A stretch of DNA of 33,635 nucleotides from Chloroflexota bacterium (GTDB taxonomy: Bacteria; Chloroflexota; Dehalococcoidia; Lucifugimonadales; JACQOS01), in assembly GCA_016202425.1 (NCBI GenBank), contig JACQOS010000101.1:1-33635 (forward strand). The letters run 5' to 3'. Numbering within the stretch: the stretch's first letter is position 1; every line of letters begins with the position of its first letter. This document shows positions 8,886 through 17,846 of this stretch, one piece after another. The translations under genes were made by a program, and so were the position numbers. A model generated the notes under the pieces. It worked only from the letters and a program-made list of their open reading frames with translations. It had not been told where the DNA came from and did no database searches.

Positions 8886-9767
8886 TTAACTAAAAAGGCC
8901 TTCCCATTGCGGAATAACTGATTCACTGTATATCGCAATTGTTACCGACCATCCTCCAACAAAAACGGAAACCTGTGTCGTAGCAGTTATTGGAAGGGCT
9001 ACAAACCAACCTATAGGTCCCGCAGCTATAGCTGGTGGGTAGGCGAAGATCAACACGCCGGCGACCGCGGTACCAGCGAGGGCTGGCACCAACGCCTCAA
9101 GGGTCTCAAGGGGTGTCAGCACTAGGTTAAACTCTGGCTGACGGTCCGATGTTGAGGGCCGTGCATCGTCTAGGAGTTGCGAAACAGCAGGCTGAATACC
9201 CCCTTGGGCCGCGATGTCTGCTGCCACGAACTGCTGGTGCTCAAATTCAATCTGCGCCCCGAGGCCGTTGATGATGAGCAGGGTTTGCGGGGGTGGGGCT
9301 TCACCTTGCTGCGACAGGTCATACGCCTCCTGCTCCGCTTTCCGCACCTTCGCCTCGTCTTCCGGGCGGTGGTGTAACCCTGTGGGGTCAGTGTACTTGA
9401 GCGGGTTGTTCACGACATAGCTGTACCGACTCAGGCCCTGGGGATCTCTCAGGCGTGGAACAACGCTATCCGGGCTCACAAACCTGCCGATCTGGGGGTC
9501 GTAGTATCTGGCGTTATAGAAATACAGTCCCGTCCCATCCAGCCGCTGCCCCGTGAACTTCCGGTCCGTCCCCAGCGTACCGTTGCTGGTCCTGGCCTCC
9601 CCGAAGGGCTTGTACCGCAGGCTGGCCACCGTGGCCCCAGCGCCGTCCGTGCTCACCAGGGAGCCGCCCAGGTGGTCCTGGTAGACGTACTCCAGGGCTG
9701 TGCCCTTGCGCAAGGCCACCAGGCGCTCTCCCAGGTAGTAGTACGTGGTGACCACTCCGGTGGTCAC
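8886..9767 (-). CDS. Orphan Rhs C-terminal module: core end + DPxGL + about 160-aa C-terminal toxin-like domain with a hydrophobic tip
   Basis: RYYDPQIGRFVSPDS and NNPLKYTDPTGL form the Rhs core terminus. GTG at 9767 is the first start codon, but Rhs homology in the same frame continues up to a stop at 9846-9848 (DADGNLVKKLEGG...). No N-terminal Rhs shell is present. Confidence 0.85.
   Translation of the reverse strand: MTTGVVTTYYYLGERLVALRKGTALEYVYQDHLGGSLVSTDGAGATVASLRYKPFGEARTSNGTLGTDRKFTGQRLDGTGLYFYNARYYDPQIGRFVSPDSVVPRLRDPQGLSRYSYVVNNPLKYTDPTGLHHRPEDEAKVRKAEQEAYDLSQQGEAPPPQTLLIINGLGAQIEFEHQQFVAADIAAQGGIQPAVSQLLDDARPSTSDRQPEFNLVLTPLETLEALVPALAGTAVAGVLIFAYPPAIAAGPIGWFVALPITATTQVSVFVGGWSVTIAIYSESVIPQWEGLFS
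9085..9302 (-). repeat. Direct repeat C (N-terminal part of the toxin CT), paired with 10481-10698
   Basis: 218 bp with 5 mismatches by my manual count. Confidence 0.9.
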
Positions 9768-9845
9768 GTTCCTCTCGTAGTAGCGGTTGGCGTAGTGGAC
9801 CGTCTGGCCGCCCTCCAGCTTCTTTACCAGGTTACCATCGGCGTC
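9475..9845 (-). repeat. Direct repeat B (Rhs core segment), paired with 7989-8356
   Basis: See repeat A. Confidence 0.85.
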
Positions 9846-9890
9846 TTAGGACAACTGGCGCTGAGGCTTACAGGCTCTACGACAAAGCTT

Positions 9891-10223
9891 TCACTGCTTG
9901 AGCAAACGTTTGACAAGACGATAGATCGGGTAGGAGCCATAGCCCGCTGCTAAGGCCACAGGGCCGATTATTCCCATGACGACCAGCTTTTCTACTAGCT
10001 CAGAGGCTGTAACCACGACGCCTGCCTCTGCCGAAAGGAAAAGAGCCCATGGAACATACCGCCGGACAAACTTGTCCGGATTACCTTTGCGAATAGCGAT
10101 AACGATTGTTGGAAGGATCACTGTCAAAAAGAGGACAACCGTGGCAGTTAGCCCCATCATGATGTCGTCAGGCGTTAACTGTGTCAGTCGGTTTAAGCCT
10201 GTCATGACTCCTCCGACGAGCAT
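9891..10223 (-). CDS. Small polytopic membrane protein, putative cognate immunity protein 2
   Basis: 110 aa with about 3 hydrophobic helices. ATG start. It lies 49 nt downstream of the CT fragment stop. Divergent homolog of 8517..8837. Confidence 0.7.
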   Translation of the reverse strand: MLVGGVMTGLNRLTQLTPDDIMMGLTATVVLFLTVILPTIVIAIRKGNPDKFVRRYVPWALFLSAEAGVVVTASELVEKLVVMGIIGPVALAAGYGSYPIYRLVKRLLKQ

Positions 10224-10272
10224 TCATGAAAGTGCACGCTCCTGGCGGCTACGACGCCCGGACCCTGCGACT

Positions 10273-10710
10273 CTACCGAGGCCGTTTGAATAGATCCATC
10301 CATTGCGGGATCACCGACTCACGTAGCACGAGCCCAGTACTAATCACTCCGCCAAAGAAGCTAACTGCTTGGGTAGTTGCCGTTACTGGCAACACGAAGA
10401 ACCATCCCACTGGCCCCATACTTATGACTGCAACATCGGCGGGAAGTAGGGCTACGACAACAACAGTACCCATGGCAAATGGCACCAACGCCTCAAGGGT
10501 CTCAAGGGGTGTCAGCACTAGGTTAAACTCTGGCTGACGGTCCGATGTGGAGGGCCGTGCATCGTCTAGGAGTTGCGAAACAGCAGGCTGAATACCCCCT
10601 TGGGCCGCGATGCCTGCTGCCACGAACTGCTGGTGCTCAAATTCAATCTGCGCCCCCAGGCCGCTGATGATCAGCAGGGTTTGCGGGGGTGGGGCTTCGC
10701 CTCTCTGCAC
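10273..10710 (-). CDS. Orphan Rhs-CT toxin fragment (no Rhs core), variant 2
   Basis: EAPPPQTLLIISGLGAQIEFEHQQFVAAGIAAQGGIQPAVSQLLDDARPSTSDRQPEFNLVLTPLETLEALVP is almost identical to the CT of 8886..9767. A divergent hydrophobic tip then follows. Homology stops at about 10698, 38 nt from the proS stop. Confidence 0.75.
   Translation of the reverse strand: MQRGEAPPPQTLLIISGLGAQIEFEHQQFVAAGIAAQGGIQPAVSQLLDDARPSTSDRQPEFNLVLTPLETLEALVPFAMGTVVVVALLPADVAVISMGPVGWFFVLPVTATTQAVSFFGGVISTGLVLRESVIPQWMDLFKRPR
10481..10698 (-). repeat. Direct repeat D, paired with 9085-9302
   Basis: See repeat C. Confidence 0.9.
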
Positions 10711-10735
10711 TCCCCTTCACAGAATTCTCAGACCC

Positions 10736-12436
<1,701 letters not shown>

Positions 12437-12613
12437 CCCTGGCCGCATTCCTTCTTTCAAGACGCCACGAGCAAGTTCGCCTGCGCGGTCACCCGCGGGC
12501 AGCCCCAGTCCGGCCGGGGCGCCCCAAGGGCCCCCCTGGCGGTAGGATAGCAGAGCAGCGGGTACGAGGCCAGGATGCTTGCGCCGGGCCACGGCGCCCC
12601 AGGGAGCCGGCCC

Positions 12614-13342
12614 TCAGCCTCCGGGGTCCTTGGCCACGGAGTAGTCGTACCCTCTCCAACCCTTCACGGCGTCGTGGCGGCGGATGTCCAGCACCTTCCC
12701 GCCGTTCGCCAGGAGGAACGCCGTCACCTCCCCGCGCCGTATCCCGAACACCTCCATGCGCGGTCCGTTGGCCACGCGGCAATACCAGCCGAGAACCGCG
12801 CTAGCAAGGCCGATGAACGGCATCAGCCACGGGAGGGGCTCGCTGGGCAACTGGAAGACCGCCACGCCTCCTGGCCCGAGGACGCGCAGGAACTCCCTGA
12901 TGTAGCCCAGGGCATAGCGAGGCTCCATGTGCTGAAGGGTGATGTTGGAGTACACGAAGTCGAAGGCGCTGTCCGGGAAGAGCCCCAGGTCCTCCCTGTC
13001 GTTGACAACGTACCTGCACTTGCCCCCGTGGCGATTGTACTGCTCGGCCAGCCTCACCATGGAAGGTGCGATATCCACGCCGACCACCTCATCGAAATAG
13101 CTGGCCAGCGCCTGGGTCACCCTCCCTACCCCGCAGCCAAAGTCCAGGGCGACTCCCCGGCGTGGGCGCATCGGGAGGCGGTCCACACGCTCCATGACAC
13201 CGCTGATCTCCTGCTGCCCCGTGGCGAAGAACTCCGCCGACTCCCAACGCCTCCCCTTCTTGCCCGGAGCCCGCAAGATGGCCCAGAGGGGGTCAAGCTT
13301 CCCAAAGGCATCCCAGGATCGGCGCAGCTCTTTCAGGTCCAT
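12614..13342 (-). CDS. Class I SAM-dependent methyltransferase
   Basis: Motif I VALDFGCGVGRVT, followed by VVGVDIAPSMV. G+C looks native. Confidence 0.8.
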   Translation of the reverse strand: MDLKELRRSWDAFGKLDPLWAILRAPGKKGRRWESAEFFATGQQEISGVMERVDRLPMRPRRGVALDFGCGVGRVTQALASYFDEVVGVDIAPSMVRLAEQYNRHGGKCRYVVNDREDLGLFPDSAFDFVYSNITLQHMEPRYALGYIREFLRVLGPGGVAVFQLPSEPLPWLMPFIGLASAVLGWYCRVANGPRMEVFGIRRGEVTAFLLANGGKVLDIRRHDAVKGWRGYDYSVAKDPGG

Positions 13343-13403
13343 GGATGAGAGGCTGTTTACTTCGAAAGCGCGTAGCTACCCCTTCTCTTACCTGCCCATT
13401 CCT

Positions 13404-14318
13404 CTAGCACAAGGGATATCGCTGTCTTCTCTCTTTTAGGACAAGGGCGCCCGATCGAGTCCAGGTCAACTCTCTACCTATGAGTAACTCAAACATCCTG
13501 GCATGATGGGTATTCGTCATGGCCACTGCCGCCACCTGAAACGCGTGCGCTTGAGCCAGTTGCCGAATTTCGGGTGCATCGTCGTATGTCATCAAAAAGT
13601 CGCCAACAAGTGACTGAGCAATCCTGAATAGAGCCACGTGATCAAGGTCATTATGCGTGTAAAGACGAGTTCCAGCTCTCTTGCCACCAGCCGTGTAGGG
13701 GGGGTCAATGAAATACACTACGTCCGGCCGTGCAGCATACTGTCTCAAGACGTCCATCCCATCCCCTTCGATGAACCGAATGCGATGACGCAACTTATGG
13801 ATGTTAAGGATGCGTCTCTTCAAAGTCTCTGGGTACCAACGGGACCTTACCCCTTTGCCGTTTTCACCGTATCTCAGTAAGCTGGCTCCGGGTGCCAAGA
13901 TTCCACCCCTATTGACCCTGTTCCGAACGATCGTCTGAAAGGCCTTCTCCCGAAGGCTGGCAACTTGCCTCGCTAGCTCTTCTTGAACGGATTCCAGGGA
14001 AGGCTCAAACCCCGTGATCCTGTTGACTAGCCATTCGCAATCATCGCTCAAAACGGTTCTCCAGACGGCAGCCACTTGGTCGTCGAGTTCTACCATAGTG
14101 AGGGTGTCTACGAAATTCTCAAATACTGCGGTCAGGCCCACAATGGCACCCCCAGCGAACGGCTCAAGAAGTTCCTTAGGCCTCACGCGCTGGGATGCCA
14201 ACCATTGGCGGGCATATGGAACGAGCCAAGTCTTCCCTCCTGGATAGCGGAAGGGGCTCCTCTGTGGAACAGAGGCAACGTTGACTACATCCTTTCCGAT
14301 GAGAAGTAATTGGACCAT
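13404..14318 (-). CDS. DNA adenine (N6) methyltransferase, Dam-like D12 class
   Basis: FRYPGGKTWL, motif I EPFAGGA and motif IV IDPPY in alpha-class order. ATG at 14318 lies 4 nt after the endonuclease stop. The TTG at 14333 is the ORF-track start. G+C is visibly lower than in neighbouring genes. Confidence 0.88.
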   Translation of the reverse strand: MVQLLLIGKDVVNVASVPQRSPFRYPGGKTWLVPYARQWLASQRVRPKELLEPFAGGAIVGLTAVFENFVDTLTMVELDDQVAAVWRTVLSDDCEWLVNRITGFEPSLESVQEELARQVASLREKAFQTIVRNRVNRGGILAPGASLLRYGENGKGVRSRWYPETLKRRILNIHKLRHRIRFIEGDGMDVLRQYAARPDVVYFIDPPYTAGGKRAGTRLYTHNDLDHVALFRIAQSLVGDFLMTYDDAPEIRQLAQAHAFQVAAVAMTNTHHARMFELLIGRELTWTRSGALVLKERRQRYPLC

Positions 14319-14322
14319 AGAT

Positions 14323-15198
14323 TCACGGCTCAAACGCTAAGGGTTGGACGTCGGGTGCACCATGATTCTCGCCCTGCTTATCGAACTGCTCCTGAAGCTT
14401 CGCCAGGAAATCAGCCTCATCCCCTGGCTCCGGCTTAGTGATCTGGTCGAGAGCTGTTCCAAACTTAGTGTACACTTTTCGCTGTCTTTGAAGGAGGTAT
14501 CTTCGTGTCCTAGGGGAATACGCGGGCGTGTAAGTCAGCCACACCATCTCTGCCTGTTCTTGTGGTACCTCTTCAAGGAGTGGCAGGGTGTCGTACAAGT
14601 TCTCGTCCAAAGCAATGGCGATCTTTCTGTTCCAGGTGTGAAGAATGCCTCCCTTGTACAGTAGTTGGGGAGCTAGGCGCTTGCGAGAAGAGGAGAGGTA
14701 ATCAGGGCGTGGGTAACCAGGGCTACCTCTCCAGTCCATGCCGGCCCGTTTAACGGGATCATCCATGTAGTGCTGGAATGGCCGCCGGATGTTACCGGAG
14801 ATATAGAGAGCCTGGACCTCTAACGCCCCGTAGTCCAAGATCCGGCCGCGCTGGTCGTAGGAGACCAGCACGATGTCGACACTACCAGCAGCCTTGCCGT
14901 GCCGATCTTTCAATTCAACTTCGAACAAAGAGGTCCAATTCACATCGGGAGGGAAGAAGAAAGAGGCGGCGTCTTCTACGACAATCCAATCTTGCCGGAG
15001 CCGGATGGGGCAGATGATCACGACCCTTCCTTCATGAAACATGCTACATACCCCAAGAGGGTCCTCAGCATTATCCTTTGTGCAGTTAGCGGAGACGTTG
15101 TTGAAGGGACAAAGTCTACGTTTGCGATAGCGTTGCGCCTCTGGAGAGTGGTTGTTTACAGGGAATCCAAAGACCTCACCGAGCGGATGATTTCGCAT
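14323..15198 (-). CDS. Type II restriction endonuclease, NotI-like family
   Basis: The 3' third of ORF 14323..16251. The N-terminus GEVFGFPV...CPF..x..C.K....GVC.....IICPIR mirrors the NotI Cys4 metal-binding motif as I recall it. ALEVQALYISGN corresponds to NotI VLEIQTMDFHGS. ATG at 15198 is preceded by GGGGAAGAG. An alternative ATG lies at 15216. Confidence 0.75.
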   Translation of the reverse strand: MRNHPLGEVFGFPVNNHSPEAQRYRKRRLCPFNNVSANCTKDNAEDPLGVCSMFHEGRVVIICPIRLRQDWIVVEDAASFFFPPDVNWTSLFEVELKDRHGKAAGSVDIVLVSYDQRGRILDYGALEVQALYISGNIRRPFQHYMDDPVKRAGMDWRGSPGYPRPDYLSSSRKRLAPQLLYKGGILHTWNRKIAIALDENLYDTLPLLEEVPQEQAEMVWLTYTPAYSPRTRRYLLQRQRKVYTKFGTALDQITKPEPGDEADFLAKLQEQFDKQGENHGAPDVQPLAFEP

Positions 15199-15278
15199 GT
15201 CTCTTCCCCGGCGCATGGCTAAGGGCCCAAAATGTACTCCCGTATGGGCTACCGACGCTCCCCGCTCCACCCATCGCC

Positions 15279-16397
15279 CTACACCTTCTCCACCTCTTCC
15301 ATCAGGGCGGCGAGCATCTCCGCCTCCGGCACGACGCGCACCTTCTGCCCCTTGCGGAAGATAACGGCCCGTCCGGCCCCGGCGGCGATACCCACATCCG
15401 CGTCCTTGGCCTCGCCCGGGCCGTTCACCTCGCAGCCCATGACCGCGACCTTCACGTTCCTGTCCACGCCCTTGAGCAACGCGTCCACCGTGTTGGCAAG
15501 CTTGATCACGTCCACGTCCGCCCGGCCGCAGGAGGGACAGGCCACCAGGGTCGCGCCCTTCTGGCGCAGGTTCAGCGACTTGAGGATCTCGTAGCCGGCG
15601 AACACCTCCTCCCGAGGGTCGTCGGAGAGGGAGACCCGGAGGGTGTCTCCTATCCCCTCGTAGAGGAGCACGCCGATGCCGATAGCGCTGCGGATGCTTC
15701 CGGCCCTGGCGGTGCCTGCCTCGGTGATGCCCAGATGGAAGGGGTAAGGGACCAGCTCCGCCAGGCGGCGATATGCCTCCACGGTAGTGGGAACGTCGAA
15801 GGCCTTCAGAGAGACCTTGATGAGGTCGAAGTCCAGCGCCTCCAGGATGCCGATCTCCCACAGGGCCGTATCCACCATGTGGTCCACCAGCGAGTACTCC
15901 CCCTCCGACGCACCACCCGCTTTGGGCAGCAGGTTCACCTGGTCGCTCAGGCGGTGCAGGGCCCGCGTCTTGCCGATGGCGCCCACGGGAGGGAGGCTGC
16001 CGAAGTTCACGCCGATGCGAATGGGGACCTGCCGCTCCCCAGCCGCCCTGACCACCTGCTTCACCCGCTCCGCGTCGCGGATGTTGCCGGGGTTCAGGCG
16101 GAGGCAGTCCACGCCGCCGGCGATGGCCTCCAGGGCGAGCTGGTAGTGGAAGTGGATGTCCGCCACCAGGGGAATCCCGGTCTGGCGCTTGATCTCCTTC
16201 AGTGCCCTGGCAGCCTCCAGGTCCGGGACGGCGCACCGGACGATCTCGCACCCAACCTCCTCCAGGCCCTTGATCTGCGCTACCGTGGCCTTCACGTCCC
16301 GGGTATCGGTCTTGGTCATGGACTGGACGGTGATAGGTGCGTCGCCCCCCACCTTCACGGGGCCCACCCAGACCGGTTTTGTAGGCCGACGCTTCAT
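15279..16397 (-). CDS. ispG: 4-hydroxy-3-methylbut-2-en-1-yl diphosphate synthase (flavodoxin) IspG/GcpE
   Basis: KPVWVGPVKVGGDAPITVQSMT... and the C-terminal CPSCGR + GCEVNGPGE 4Fe-4S motifs. ATG at 16397 with a GGAAGGGA SD. Confidence 0.93.
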   Translation of the reverse strand: MKRRPTKPVWVGPVKVGGDAPITVQSMTKTDTRDVKATVAQIKGLEEVGCEIVRCAVPDLEAARALKEIKRQTGIPLVADIHFHYQLALEAIAGGVDCLRLNPGNIRDAERVKQVVRAAGERQVPIRIGVNFGSLPPVGAIGKTRALHRLSDQVNLLPKAGGASEGEYSLVDHMVDTALWEIGILEALDFDLIKVSLKAFDVPTTVEAYRRLAELVPYPFHLGITEAGTARAGSIRSAIGIGVLLYEGIGDTLRVSLSDDPREEVFAGYEILKSLNLRQKGATLVACPSCGRADVDVIKLANTVDALLKGVDRNVKVAVMGCEVNGPGEAKDADVGIAAGAGRAVIFRKGQKVRVVPEAEMLAALMEEVEKV

Positions 16398-16422
16398 GAA
16401 AGCCGTCCCTTCCCGCTGCCTT

Positions 16423-17799
16423 CTACGCAGACGGCGTCTGACAAAACCGGTGAACAAGCCTCTGCGCGCCCTCAGTTGAAGCCCAGGCCGCGTCATCCGG
16501 GCCAACCTGGTTGGGACAGATGGCACAGACATTCGATTGAATAAGTTTCTGATGTAACACCTTGGCGTCGCGCAAGAGCGCATCCGGCTCGTTTGTGGCC
16601 TTGCCCAATGCCTGCGTCCACAATTCGAATCGCCTTCTCAGCTTGCCAGGATCAGTAGTACCTTCAGAAAACGCGTCAACAAACCGGTCCAGGACCATTA
16701 CATCGACAAGACGACGGCGTACTGCCATAGCGAAAAGCTTCCTATCCGCGTCCGTTAGTGAGCTCCAAGTCTTCTCAAGCAGCGCTCCGGCCTGAGCAAA
16801 CCCTACCATTTCTAGCTCAAAGAGGAGGTCATTCCGCGGCTTCCCCCACCGGCCAGGAGGGTTACCCGTGTCTCCACGCCTAAATAGACGAAATGCTTCC
16901 TGCCCAAAGACACGGTCGACCCAAGTGCAGGCGATTGCGAACTCCTGTCGGAATCTCTCCGCACTAACAGGATCAAGGTTCCGGTTAGTTTCCATCTCAT
17001 CATTTAGAAAGGACCGAAATGGCCTACGATATCTATCCATCCTGTGAAGCAACGCAAAAACCCGCAACACCAGCTCCCTGTGGCGCATTCTTTTGTCAGG
17101 TTCGTTCTTTTTCCAGAGGGTCAAGAAACGGTAGTCTTCACCCAACGAGGCAATCAACTTGTTGTATGGTCCCCTATACAAGCAATTCCTGAGTTCCTGG
17201 CTGTTCAAACTCATGGAACCTTGGTTCAGCCGCGCGAAGAGGGCGTATTTCATGTCCGAGTGCACACTTTTGGGAAGTCGGATCACCGAAAGTTCCGTAT
17301 CCCATAACTTGGAGCGATCCTCTATGCTTAGCGCAACGACTCCTTTGCCATTAAGCTCAGGCAAAACTTCCAATGCGCGCAGGGTGAGCGGGGTTAACAC
17401 GGTGTACTTTGTCTGCGTTTTTCCAGCAGCAGCTGTCGGACCCTGCAAAACCGGCTGCAGAAAACGAAACACGGTCTCTAGACGTTGATGTCCATCAATC
17501 ACCGCCCAGAGTCCATCCTGCTCTTCAGCTATGAAAATCGCCGGTGTAGGAAGGCGCAGTAACAGTGACTCTATGTAACGGCTTGCGCGGGTTGGGTCCC
17601 ACACATAGTGGCGCTGGAATTCTGGCTCTAAGATCAATTCTTGGCCCAAGTAGCGTTGCCACACTTCTCTGACCTTTACTTTGCTTTCCTCCCACGCGAC
17701 GCTCCGAAATTCCTCGGGGACATGCAAAGGAACGTATTCTTCCTCCTCCCGCTCCCGCTCCGCCCAACTTTCATCCTCCCCCTTAGCGCCCTTGACCAT
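16423..17799 (-). CDS. Stand-alone DUF262 (ParB/Srx-like, GmrSD N-terminal type) protein with an unassigned C-terminal region ending in CxxC...HxxC
   Basis: PEFQRHYVWD...ESLLLRLPTPAIF...VIDGHQRLET is the DUF262 signature. I did not recognise a DUF1524/HNH-type His-Me motif. The C-terminus is CAICPNQ..x..VHRFC. ATG at 17799 has a GGAGGG SD; the TTG at 17826 is the ORF-track start. Visibly lower G+C. Confidence 0.8.
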   Translation of the reverse strand: MVKGAKGEDESWAEREREEEEYVPLHVPEEFRSVAWEESKVKVREVWQRYLGQELILEPEFQRHYVWDPTRASRYIESLLLRLPTPAIFIAEEQDGLWAVIDGHQRLETVFRFLQPVLQGPTAAAGKTQTKYTVLTPLTLRALEVLPELNGKGVVALSIEDRSKLWDTELSVIRLPKSVHSDMKYALFARLNQGSMSLNSQELRNCLYRGPYNKLIASLGEDYRFLTLWKKNEPDKRMRHRELVLRVFALLHRMDRYRRPFRSFLNDEMETNRNLDPVSAERFRQEFAIACTWVDRVFGQEAFRLFRRGDTGNPPGRWGKPRNDLLFELEMVGFAQAGALLEKTWSSLTDADRKLFAMAVRRRLVDVMVLDRFVDAFSEGTTDPGKLRRRFELWTQALGKATNEPDALLRDAKVLHQKLIQSNVCAICPNQVGPDDAAWASTEGAQRLVHRFCQTPSA

Positions 17800-17846
17800 G
17801 TCTACCCTCCAAAGCCAGCTTCTCAACTAACAATTTTCAGAGCGCC

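Noticed and set aside
12437-12613. Possible T-box leader or other riboswitch upstream of proS.
   Set aside because: I found no T-box consensus (..GGTGGTACCGCG..) and no specifier or antiterminator arrangement. The region is only about 177 nt.
15217-16251. The upstream two thirds of the 642-aa ORF 14323..16251.
   Set aside because: It is an out-of-frame overlap of ispG on the same strand, with an Arg/Gly/Pro-rich nonsense translation. Only the 3' part (14323-15198) has endonuclease-like sequence.
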